Assembly: GCA_964016885.1 (NCBI GenBank)
Contig: OZ024751.1
Span: 2,914,001 to 2,978,000 of the forward strand
DNA length: 64,000 bases
Direction: 5' to 3'
Origin: Eledone cirrhosa
Lineage: Eukaryota
Positions within the stretch are counted from its first letter, which is position 1; each line of letters opens with the position of its first letter. The notes below the pieces were generated by a model. It worked only from the letters and a program-made list of their open reading frames with translations, was not told where the DNA came from and did no database searches. Position numbers and translations under genes: made by a program. Of this stretch, positions 26,852 to 38,058 are shown piece after piece.

Positions 26852-28633
26852 ATGTTTATCGATATCGTTGAAAACGAGGAAGCCATATTGGAAGCTAACG
26901 CCACGCCAACCAAAAAATAGCGAGAAAGAGGGAACAACAATTCAAACTGCTGAACAACCCCTCCTCTCGAATGGAAAAAAAACTATTAATTCGAGTGAAA
27001 ACCTAAATTTTGAAGAAAAAAATAACAAGGAAACATATACCACAAAAGATGAAACCAACAACATTGCAACAACAAGCAACAATGAACGAAGCGAAAGCAA
27101 CAAAGACAACAACGTTTCTTTTCCCAAACGGTCAGGAAAGCTATCGAGTACAAGCCCATAGACATTACAAACGCTAAGCAGAACTTGCTAAATGCCAGAA
27201 AATACGTATCTTTTGGGGAGAATGGTTCTTTTACGATCAACTCCCCAGAAGAAGTTCGTCAACAGGTATATAGGAATACCATAACCTTCAGGACTATAAC
27301 CAATGCAACAAGAAAGCCTGCTCAATTGACAGAAAGTCAAATTGAGCTGGTTCTGAAAGACATAAAAAAAGACATACTCTTTATTGAAAGAGGAAAGCTG
27401 TATGCCAGCATTATGGTCCGAATGAAGAACGAAATGCTGGCTCAAAAATGCTCGGTGGCACCTATAGTGTCACCACAATACACCTTCTTCTCCACATATA
27501 AAGGAAGGACACAAAGACTAAGAATGTTGAACTCAACGCCAGAAGTAAACATCTGGTCCGTCCTGACAGGATTTACGGACCTAGAAAAGGACATTCTAAT
27601 ATCAGCAGGGGAGTCCACCAGTGGACTGTTCGGGGGGAAAAGTCTGGAGGTTCTCTTACAGATGACACCTGAGAGAATCGCCGGAATACCCGACCGAGTC
27701 CTACTGGATGGTCGAACCTTTATTAATATTACGCTGGAAGGCAGGAGGCCCTCATGTTACCACTGCGCTAGCAGAGGTCACCTGAGAACTTCCTGCCCTC
27801 TACTAACAACAAAAAAAACCACTGCTACAAACACCACAACAACAACAAAAACAACCATAACCACCACCACAAAAACAACAAAATACACTACCATCACCAC
27901 CACAACGACAACAAAAACCAACAACACCACCTCCACCACCACTACCACAACAACAACATCAACAACAGCTCAAGAAAACAACCCAAAACACGGTCCCACC
28001 CAGCCCCTCCCCACAGAACACAAATACAAAAACACACGCAGTTCATACACAACCTGGAAATATACCCCCTCCCCTCCAATACGGAAGAGGAGCTCATATC
28101 CTCGGAAGACGAGGGGGCTCCCTTCCAAAAAGTGAAAAGGAAAAAACGCACACACACCACACAAACAAAAATAACCCCACCTGACAACACAACACAGACA
28201 ACAAAACGCAAGCTAACTCAAGAACAACAAGCAAAAACAAACACAACAACACAAAAACTCTACACATACATAAACAAAAACAATAAAAACTTAACAGAAA
28301 AAATAGACAACAACCCTTCGGTACAAACCGAAGGGCCGAATTTTGCAATGGCAATGGGACTCACTAACCTGAAAATGGTGAAAATTCCCACTTGACATTT
28401 TCAAAACATTGAAAAACATTTACCCTGAGGACGTGTGGCCATCCTGCACCAGGCCACTCAACCGCGTCCTCCTGAAAGGTTTTCCCCTCCTCAAGCACCC
28501 ACACAATTCCAAACACCCCAACCCCTCCACACACTAATACCCCCACACTACCACAAACCACCACCCCACCCAACAACCCTCCCCCAGCCCCATGGAAACT
28601 GAGCAGCCCGGACTCCGGGACGAAGAGAGGTAA
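26852..28633 (+). pseudogene. Tx1-like ORF1 (gag-like, zinc knuckle), frameshifted
   Basis: ATG at 26852 (MFIDIVENEE...). Pieces 26868-27161, 27185-28135 (CYHCASRGHLRTSCP = CX2CX4HX4C, then Thr-rich) and 28132-28395. Last segment ...PMETEQPGLRDEER* ends at TAA 28631-28633. Confidence 0.75.
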
Positions 28634-28656
28634 GTGCCTCTTTCTTTACCACCAAC

Positions 28657-31600
28657 ATGGCTGTGTTAAGAGTGGGTTGTCTAAATGCGCGTGGCCTGGG
28701 TTCACCTTGGAAGCAAGCTAAACTTCTAAATGACCTCAGGTCACGATGTATAAATGTGATGGTTATTTGCGAGGCCCGGATCAGCAGCGTGCGACAACTA
28801 GCCCCCCACCTTTAATGACTTTGAGATGCACGCATCTCTCTGTCAGCCCGGAGGTGGGGATGGGGTTGTCGTTCTACTGCAAAAACATCTGGGTCTCACT
28901 ACACAGACGGTACACTTGAACCCGGAGGGTTGACTCGTGGTTCTGGAACTTGGCAGTGGTGAAGGCGAAGCTTTTAGGCTTGTCGCCGTATACGCCCCCT
29001 TTGGGGCAATGCGGTCGGACTTCTTCCATCGTCTGGAGACTTTTCTAGGGACGTCCCGCTCCTTGCTTTTAGTGGGGGACTGGAATGGTATCCTAGATGC
29101 ACGTTGGGACTATGTAGGGGCATGTCCCGATAGAGGGGGGTGTAACAGCCTCAAGGGGTTAATCGGCCAATTTGACCTGGCCGATAGATATCGACTAGAT
29201 TTTTCGACTGTGCCAACCTGGACTTGGTCAAATAATAGCAGGCAATCTAGATCGTACCTAGATAGGTTCTTAATTAGAATTAAGGATAGGGACTTTTTAA
29301 GTTGTCCAGAAATGCTCATGGTGTGCTATTCAGACCACAAGTTAGTGACCTGCGTAGTCCACCTTGATAGAACGCATAGGCAGGGACCCGGTTACTGGAA
29401 GCTCAACCTGTCCTTACCGGCAAGTAGAGCTTACAGGGACCGGATTAGAACCTTAGTTAAGGAGCGGTTGACGGGCGCCATCGTCAACAGCAGGTGGTGG
29501 GGCTCTCTAAAAAGAGAGATTAGAGTAGTTTCAATAGGAGTTAGTAAGGAGTTAGCCTCAGATAGAAATAGGAAGGAAAGGGAGTTGGTAGTTAATGTTG
29601 AAGAGGCAATGAGAAGCGGCAACGTGGCCAGAGTGCAAGCGTCGAGAACAGCCTTGAGCCAGTTCTTCGACACGAAACACGAAGACTACATCGTCCGAAG
29701 CAAAATACGTGCTCTGGGAAACGAGGTGACCAAAGCTGTTAGCTGGGCCCGCGTGACAGAAGCCAAAAGTGGGATTAGATCCACTATCCGGTCTTTGCGA
29801 GACCAGGATGGACGGGTGATCCTTGAACCTAAGCAAATGTGCGAGGCCTTTCAAAGGCACTTTGTCCGATTGTTCGGGAGGGGCGGGGTGCCGGTTGGAG
29901 ATGTGGATTTCTGTCCATACCTCGACGGCCTGCCGCGTCTTTCGGACAAGGAGGCGAGGTCCTGCGACGGGCCGATCTCAGCTGCTGAAATAGGGGACGT
30001 GCTAAGCCTATGAGGCAAACGCAAATCTCCAGGGCTCGATGGTCTGCCCTACGAACTATATATTAATATGCCGGACTTGTTCCCCGATCTCCTCGAGGCG
30101 GTCTACTGCAACTGGCAACAGAACGGGAGAATTCCCTGTTCTGTGACCAAGGGCGTAGTCTCGCTAGTGAGGAAGGACGAGAACAAGGGGTATGACATTA
30201 GTAATTTTAGGCCCATAACTCTGCTAAATGCAGAGTTAAAGATTTTGGCCAAGGTGTTAGCAAAGAGGTTGGCGCTTGTCGTGGGGGGCCTGGTGGGAGA
30301 TGCGCAGACATGCGCTATCCCGTCCAGGTTCATCCACGACAACCTCCACCTCATGCGATACATCATAGAGAGGGTTGGGAACGAACCCGGCTTTGGTGGG
30401 GCCCTGATAAATTTATATCAGTCTAAAGCTTTCGATAGGGTGGACCATGGTTACCTGGATGCGGTGCTAGCGGCGGCTGGTTTCGGACCCGTTTTCAGGG
30501 GCTGGATCACTTCCATGCATAGCAGCCGCATCTGCTCTAGAGTCAAGGTGAACGGCTACCTCTCGGAGCCGTTCGAAATCACCCGCTCCATCCGACAGGG
30601 GTGCCCTCTCTCCTCCCTTCTGTATGTATTGGCGTTCGAGCCACTACTGCGGAAGTTGGAGTTGTTGCCGAGCATCCCTTTGGAACCGCGATTGCACAAA
30701 GCGGTGTCGGCCTACGCCGATGACGTAACAGTAATGGTGTCGACCACCGCGGAAATCGGGGCAATCGGCATCTTACTGGAGGAGTACGAAACGTTGACAG
30801 GCGCTAAGATGAACCGGGACAAGTCAGTCGCTTTGCAAATCAGTGAGTGGAGGGGCAAACCGATGTCGTCCGACGGTATCGTCGGACGGTGGACGGAGGG
30901 CCCGGTGAAGTTGCTTGGGGTCTGGTTCGGACCGGACCTCCAGGTGGAGAAAAACAGGGGTGAGGTGACGAATAGGGTGTTTGCACTGACCCAGAAGTGG
31001 GCCGAGTGCAAACTATCCCTGAAAGGTCGGGCGGAGGTGGCGAACGCTTACATAGCGTCCATCATCTATTACCGCTTGACTGTCGTGCCTTGCCCGGTTG
31101 AGATCCTCGCCAAAATGGAGCGCGCTCTCTTCCACTTTCTTTGGAAGAAGAGGTCTCCTCTGATGAGGAGATCCATCTGCTGTCAACACCCTTTGAAAGG
31201 AGGGCTGGGGATGCCGTGGCTAAAAATGCGTAAACGCGCATTGAGGCTACGGCACCTCCAAGTATTCTTCACCGGTCAACCGGTGTGGGCCCCGTTTGTG
31301 AGGCGAGCCTTCCAGAGGCTCGTCTCGCTCACCGAGCTGTAGTCCTGGGTGAAGCAAAGACCGAGAAAACTGGGCGGACCCGGCTATCGGTGGAGACTCC
31401 ACCTCGTCATTCTATAGAGGACTGGTGGTTAGCTTTGCGACGACGCCCTCGGAGAAACCCTAGGCATGGAGGAGGACGAACTGGCCAGCCTATTCGGTAG
31501 GACTTTCGGCCCGGGACCTATGGACAACTTCCAGAAGTCCTTGGCCTGGCAGTGCTACCGAGGGGCTCTGCCCGTTCGGGATAAGCTCTACAGACACGGG

Positions 31601-32047
31601 CGCCCGGGTAGGGACCCCTCGAAAAAGATCTGTCCCAGATGCGTGCCCGACGAGGAAACCGTCGCGCACGCATTGATACACTGCCCGGGCGTTGCCGATC
31701 TGTGGGGCTATGTCGAACAACTGCGGGTGGGACCAATTAGGTTGACCACCGAGTCCATTGTAACGATCAAGCTGCCTCCCACCTTCAAAAATGAAGGAGA
31801 GGCGGTCTTCCTCTGTGTAATAGCCATGGTAAAAGAGGTTGTATGGTGGACGCGTCTAAAAGGGCTGAGGTCGGACACCTTTCTTTCCGGCCAACAACTA
31901 GTCCTTTTCTTCCAATACCATTTCGGAAGAAGGATCAGGATGGAGAGAGAGGTGCTCCACCCCACCAGAAAGGTGAATGAAAGTTGCGAGAATGGCCCGT
32001 GTGAATGGGCCTTCTCTCTACCTCAGCTTGTAGGTGGAAAAGGATGA
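28657..32047 (+). pseudogene. Tx1-like ORF2 (APE endonuclease, reverse transcriptase, Cys-rich domain), disrupted
   Basis: ATG 28657 MAVLRVGCLNARGL; VGDWN, SYLDRF, YSDHK, GPGYWKLN; KSPGLDG after the in-frame stop at 30011; FRPITLLN, KAFDRVDH, RQGCPLS, AYADDV; GGLG; CPRC..EETVAHALIHCP. Confidence 0.92.
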
Positions 32048-32522
32048 AGGAAGAAGGGAGAACCCTCTCTTTGTGCTCCCGTGGAGAAGGGACGTACATT
32101 TTTTTCGGGGGTGTGTGTGACCCCAAAACGATCCCTCCCTATTGAGGACCTTTTTGTTATAATTTTATTTGTTATTACATTTTTTTTACTCGATTTCTAT
32201 GTAAACCATCTCCCCCACCCCATGTATGTGTCCCTTTCTTTTGTGCCCTCGTGGAAAATAAACAGAAATTTGTCTGGCTGTAAGTCTGTGTGCCTGCCTG
32301 TGTGCCAGCCCGTCCGTCTGTCTGCCTGTCTGTTTCTCTGTCTGTTTACCCTTGTACCTATATCTCGTGGAGTTTGAATAAAAACAAGAATTGGCTTATT
32401 AAAATCTGTCCTGACTCATCAGCCAATGCTTATCCCTACCAATCTTATGGTACTTATCTAAGTTAAGTATTGTACTATTACTTAAGTCTGGTAAAGTACT
32501 GTTACTTACGACTGATATAGTA

Positions 32523-32820
32523 CCTAAGATCGTGCTATCACTACTGTAAGACAAAGTCCTCAGGTGGGTCTCCTAAGGTGGTGTTAGCTCTACTGAAAGA
32601 CACAGCCCTCAAATAGCCCTCCCGAGATCGTGTTATCTTTATACAGACCTTACGTGGGTCTCGTGAAATAGTGTTAGCTCTAGTGAAAGGCACAGTCCTC
32701 AAGTGGGTCGCCTAAGATCTTATAGGCCTTATTGAAAATACTGTGTACTCGGGAGGGATTTCTGATATCGTGTTAGCCTTGTCAGAAGACATTCCTCATG
32801 TGCGCCTCCTGAAATTGTGT
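32523..32820. repeat. Degenerate ~48-bp tandem repeat, ~6 copies
   Basis: Recurring CCTAAGATCGTGTTAGCTCTACTGAAAGACACAGTCCTCA.GTGGGTCT-like units. Confidence 0.7.
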
Positions 32821-33430
32821 GTGTAGATATGGATGATATTGTATGTGTGGATGTGTATGTTTTGAGTTGTATGTGTGCATGTGTATATGCTTTGTATCTG
32901 TACATGTGTATATGCAGTTATTAGATGCAACATTTTTGGAATGTTTAACATATTTTACTGTTCCATTAATGGATTGTACTTGTAGTTTCCTAACTAGTTG
33001 TGTTCATTCTGTTCCTGTGAAGCCTAGCTTCTCAAGATTTGTATTGAGGCAGTTACTAACATATCCCAGTGCCCCAATAATCACAGGCATAAATCTGAAG
33101 GTGTAATCAGGGTGGAGTATCTGCAGATTCTCATCAATTCTGCATAAATATTCTCCTTTTCACCTCCCTGATTACACCTTCAGATTTATGCCTGTGATTA
33201 TTGGGGCACTGGGATATGTTAGTAACTGCCTCAATACAAATCTTGAGAAGCTGGGCTTCACAGGAACAGAAAGGACACAACTAGTTAGGAAACTACAAGT
33301 ACAATCCATTAATGGAACAGTAAAAATATGTAAAACATTCCAAAAATGTTGCATCTAATAACTGCATATACACATGTACAGATACAAAGCATATACACAT
33401 GCACACATACAATAACATCCATATCTACAC
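32821..33430. repeat. Long inverted repeat (arms 32867-33112 and 33166-33412) made of the 3' end of an RLE-type (R4/Dong-like) LINE
   Basis: The arms are reverse complements with only a few mismatches. The plus arm 33167-33358 translates PDYTFRFMPVIIGALGYVSNCLNTNLEKLGF...LQVQSINGTVKICKTF. The spacer read on the minus strand adds EKENIYAELMR.LQILH upstream, typical of the RLE C-terminus. Confidence 0.85.
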
Positions 33431-33566
33431 ATGCAGACATACATAATCTACTTAGTTGATGTTGTGTAAATTCCAATGAGAGAGTCTTGTGGCTATGTTA
33501 GAAACCGACTCTCTCTCTATTGGTAATAGATACAAAGCATATACACATGCACACATACAACTCAAC

Positions 33567-33703
33567 GTATGTATGTATGTATGTATGTATGTATGTATGT
33601 ATGTATGTATGTATGCATGTATGTATGTATGTATGTATGTATGTGTGTGTGTATGTATGTATATAAGTATGGGTGTACATATGTATGTATGTGAGTATGT
33701 ATG
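33567..33703. repeat. (TATG)n microsatellite
   Basis: Direct reading of the sequence. Confidence 0.95.
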
Positions 33704-34009
33704 GGCATACGTCAAAACGGCCGGTCTGAAAAGTGAAACTAATTTTTGACAGTTACGTACACTCACTCATCTGAATAGATTTGTGTATATATAGTCCTGT
33801 ATAAACTTCGAGATGACTATAATGCAGACACACGCAATTGTATGGATTTATTAATATCTGTTAGAACACGAAAAGTGTGAAACAACAGAATGTTCACTTT
33901 TCGTGTTCTATAACATATATGCCTAGCTTCTTCATAAATTTTTCGGGGTTAGCCGTGGTGGTGGTGATCGTATGTCATTGGCTAATTTTCAACCAATCAG
34001 AGTAAGTGT

Positions 34010-34051
<42 letters not shown>

Positions 34052-34967
34052 TATTCCCCCTCTCTCTATATATATCTTACGCTTTCGCTTTACACTCCTC
34101 CCCTTCAATAACACATTTCCCCCTCTCTATATATCTCTTCCACTGTTACTTACGCCTGTTTCTCTCTATCTGTTCCGTCTCTATATATATCTCTCTTACT
34201 CTTTCGCTTTGCACTCCTCCCCTTCAATACCATCTCTCCCCCTCTCTATATATGTGTTACTCTATCGCTGCACGCTCCTCTCCTTCAATATATCAATTAC
34301 ACATGCTTTACACTCCTTTATCCCCAGCGCCCCTATATATACACCCCCCTCCCGCATCTATATTTTAATGTTCCGTTGCACCGTGAATATATGTGTCTAT
34401 ATATATATACATATATATTGTATATACACATTCATGTATGTGTATACACACTCATGTATGTATATACACTGGTTTTATGTGTGTATTGTAAATTTGTACT
34501 GTTAAAACACGAAACTAACATTCGATTGACACTTTGATTACCTGTACAGGCAATAGTTATTAGAATGCTGTTGAAGTGTGTATATATTTTTGGGGGACAT
34601 CCTGTATATACACACATTATATATAATACAATAAACAGATAAATACACACATATATATATGAGCTTATTTAATTATAAATATTGTGAATTTTTAACTCAG
34701 TTCAATTATATATATAAATGGCTTCTACAGGACTAGAACTGTTTCATTCGAAAGAAATCATCATAATATTGAGAGGGGGGACTAGATAAAATATTTCAAA
34801 TCAAATGTGTATAAGTTATAAGTTAAAATGTATAAATAGAGACGATAGTGGAGGTATATCTGTTTAGTGGAACAGTAGACGATAGAATTAAATACAGACG
34901 AGAATCTCCCTTTAATGAAACAGCAGACGATAGAATTAAGGCAATTTAAATTTTAAACATTTGCATT

Positions 34968-35019
34968 TTTGCCTTTCATCGTTACGGGGTCGATAAAATA
35001 AAGTACCAGTAATACACTG
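34968..35019 (+). mobile_element. SINE core fragment
   Basis: GCCTTTCATCGTTACGGGGTCGATAAAATAAAGTACCAGTAATACACTG. Confidence 0.8.
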
Positions 35020-35381
35020 TCACTATAAGTAGACGACTTTCAAATTGAATTGTTGGTTCCATTTCTTTAGTATTTTCAATTGTAGTTATCTACTTAAAAA
35101 GCGTTACACGGTTAGAGACATAATTGGTAAGTTATATCTTCCCTATTAAACCATTGCATTATTTCGCCTACAATAGAACAAAAATGAAATGTTCTTTAAA
35201 GAAACAGGAATATAACTTTATAAAAAAAAAAGTTGCATCCGCTTCTTTTATCATTGATAATTTTTTCGTTTTAATATTAATTGTTTTTTGTAGTTGTTTA
35301 TATTAAAAATCTTACTGTAATATTTACTTAAACGAAGGCAGATATCTAAACTTATAGATTAATCTTGAGCGAGGGACTAGA

Positions 35382-35421
<40 letters not shown>

Positions 35422-35424
<3 letters not shown>

Positions 35425-35615
35425 GAAGAATGATAACATTTCAAGCAAAGAGTTTAATTAGGTAATGACTTACAAATTTGTTTCAGTATATCATTAATAT
35501 AATATTATTAACTAATTATTATAATTAGCGCTTCAGGCTTTGTCTATATACTGAAACAAATTTGTAAGTCATTACCTAATTAAACTCTTTGCTTGAAATT
35601 TTATCACTCTTCGTT
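35422..35615. repeat. Inverted repeat, ~70-bp arms (35422-35491 / 35546-35615)
   Basis: The arms are near-perfect reverse complements with an AT-rich 54-bp spacer. Confidence 0.9.
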
Positions 35616-35704
35616 TTGAATTTCTCCTAAGTATTCAATACTCTGTTGAGAAATACATTTTACATAAACAGTCTTTGTACCATTTATACGGTATTAATTA
35701 CTTA

Positions 35705-35741
<37 letters not shown>

Positions 35742-35907
35742 CGTATGATTAGAACTGTGTTTATTATTAATATTTTAATGGATTTAATGAAAAATTTTAG
35801 GTGTTCATATATATATTCTAAAAATGCGCGAAATCGTGAATCCGCGATAGTTGAACCGCCAAGTAGCGAGGTATCACTGTATATATGTTTAAATATATAG
35901 TGTAGCT

Positions 35908-36372
35908 GTGATGTATCTCGCGAGTGAATCGAGACCTGTCACTGATTTTGGTGTCCCCACTGCCGATGTGAATGAGCAACGCTGCACTTGTGAATTGGGT
36001 CTTGATGTTGCAGGCAGTTCATATACTTACAATGATGCGGTCCCACAAGCTTGTTCACATTCCTGTGCTAATAATCTAGATGGGCGTATTAAATTGGATG
36101 TGAAAGCAGCTTACCGGATGCGGAATCGGGAGAAGTTGAGACAAAAACAGGCCGATTATAGAGCTGTGAATTTTGCTAAATTAACACAAAAACAGGCCAA
36201 GTATAGATGTTCAAAACGGTATGAGTTGGCAAACAAGCAGGCCAAGTATAGATCTGCAAATTCAGCTATTATATCTCAAAAGCAAGCCGAGCGTAGAGCT
36301 TCTAAACGTACCGAGTTGGCTAAAGAGCAGACCAAGTACAGATCTGCAAATATCTTATTGCACAAACAATAA
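35908..36372 (+). CDS. Possible ORF with ~5 tandem 15-aa basic helical repeats (KQAKYRxxN...), probably a TE-derived fragment
   Basis: A non-microsatellite ORF with amino-acid periodicity KQADYRAVNFAKLTQ / KQAKYRCSKRYELAN / KQAKYRSANSAIISQ / KQAERRASKRTELAK. No expression evidence. Confidence 0.35.
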   Translation: MMYLASESRPVTDFGVPTADVNEQRCTCELGLDVAGSSYTYNDAVPQACSHSCANNLDGRIKLDVKAAYRMRNREKLRQKQADYRAVNFAKLTQKQAKYRCSKRYELANKQAKYRSANSAIISQKQAERRASKRTELAKEQTKYRSANILLHKQ

Positions 36373-36399
36373 TTCTGCACAAATGTTGCTCCATTATTT

Positions 36400-36579
36400 T
36401 GGCAGTATTGGTAGAGGGTCGGATGCCATGCTTTCCAGCATAGTTACGTCCCTTTACGATCTGAGTTCAAATCCTGCCGAGGTTGACTTTGCCTTTCATC
36501 CTTACGGGGTAGATAAAATAAAGTACCAGTAATGCACTGGGTAATTGCTGGCCTTGTGCCTAAAGTAGAAACAATTATT
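36400..36579 (+). mobile_element. tRNA-derived SINE
   Basis: A-box-like TGGCAGTATTGG, B-box GAGTTCAAATCC, conserved core, 3' GGCCTTGTGCC...AGAAACAATTATT. Confidence 0.9.
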
Positions 36580-36765
36580 AGATCTAATGTTGCAACGATA
36601 CAGTTAAATGTTGTCTGTGTATTTTAAAAAAGATTTGCTTATAATCTTTTCAAATTTCATTACGCCAATGATTCGAGCTCAAATTGACATTATCTAAAAA
36701 ATTGTACAAACAGCGATGGATTAGCAGTAGTGAACAGATAAATCAGTCAATTTATTAAGATTGAC

Positions 36766-37418
36766 TTGGCATCAATCAGCAAGACCTTCATTAGCTGCTC
36801 TCCAGCCATCTATTTAAAGCTGTATACATCTATGGTACGAATACACTTGGAGTTCGCGTCATCAGTCTGGAACCCCTATCTTGCTCAGAACATTGACCTC
36901 CTGGAAACTGTTCAGAGACATGCAACCAAGCGCATACCCTCCATCAGACACCTACCATACCCTGAATATTTTGCTTCCCTCTGGCAATGGACTTGGTAAA
37001 CACCCACAAAGTTATTAACCATCCGACCAACAACAACCCCGAACACCTTTTTGATCTCCATGTGTCTAACACGTGGACATGCCTACAAAGTCAGAAAACA
37101 ACACAGCTCCCATGACTTTAGGAAATATTTCTTCATGCTCAGAGTTGCTGGAGGATGGAACAAACTTCCTGCATCAGTTGTTAGCTGATGACACACTGCA
37201 TCCTTTAAAACCATCATACATTCCGAAATACACCAAAACTACACCTGATGTCCCCCTTCCATACACATGCACATATGTGTATATCATGACTCATGCACTG
37301 TTCTTTTTTCCTGACGTTTTTATATTACCCTATGTATTATATATGCACTTTTGATGAGTTGTAGTGCACCTCAGCATTGTACACAATATTTTCATTATTA
37401 TTATCATTATTATTATTA
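36766..37418 (+). mobile_element. CR1-clade LINE, 5'-truncated 3' fragment
   Basis: LYTSMVRIHLEFASSVWNPY...LETVQRHATKRI motif, 3' UTR and (ATT)n tail at ~37394-37418. Confidence 0.88.
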
Positions 37419-37885
37419 CACTCATTGATCCATTTTGCACTAACTCTGCATCAAGCACCCTCACCTAAATATTAACCAATCAAGGATCCAATACAGCTAT
37501 CTGTTGGATGAGTATTGTATAGTGCCAAAAACGAAACCAATCAGTTTAGCAGAAAGTTTCCAGACAAGAAACACGCATATTTTGCTATCCTCAAACACGT
37601 TTACACATGGCATGAAATATAACTAATCCGAGATGGCTAGGTTTCATCTTCTAATTGGATATACGAAATCCATTATGTCTTGACAACAACATGAGGTAAC
37701 ATTATGTTATTCACAGACACACTTTGTACACTGTTCCATATCAGAATGTATTTCCTTCGTCACATTCACAAACAGTATTGAAAATATGTTCTTCGGCAAA
37801 TAAAAATGTTTTGTTCATAATATTTCAACTAGCGATTGCTCTACTCCACGCACGACCACCATAAATTAATGACCAGCTCAACACA

Positions 37886-38058
37886 AGTATTGGTAGAGCG
37901 TCAGACACCATGCTTTGCAGTATTGTTATGGTCCTTTGCATTCTAAGTTCAAATCCTGCCGAGGTTAACTTCGACTTTCATACTTACTAATTCGATAAAA
38001 TAAAGTACCAGTAATGGACTGCCGTAATGGATTTGTGCCGAAAAATAGAAACACTATT
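37886..38058 (+). mobile_element. tRNA-derived SINE, diverged copy
   Basis: AGTATTGGTAGAG...AGTTCAAATCC...CGATAAAATAAAGTACCAG...AGAAAC. Confidence 0.82.

Larger units (their letters stand above)
26676..32268 (+). mobile_element. L1/Tx1-clade non-LTR retrotransposon, apparently full length, decayed
   Basis: ORF1 with CCHC knuckle, ORF2 with EN, RT and C-terminal Cys motif, AATAAA at 32257-32262, flanked by (TCTG/CCTG)n repeats. Boundaries are approximate. Confidence 0.9.

Noticed and set aside
32395-32425. Hammerhead core CTGATGAG on the minus strand
   Set aside because: No downstream GAAA or stem II/III arrangement.
32843-33354. ORFs 32843-33106 (+) and 33172-33354 (-) as a duplicated small gene
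   Set aside because: They are the antisense readings of the RLE-LINE fragment in each palindrome arm.
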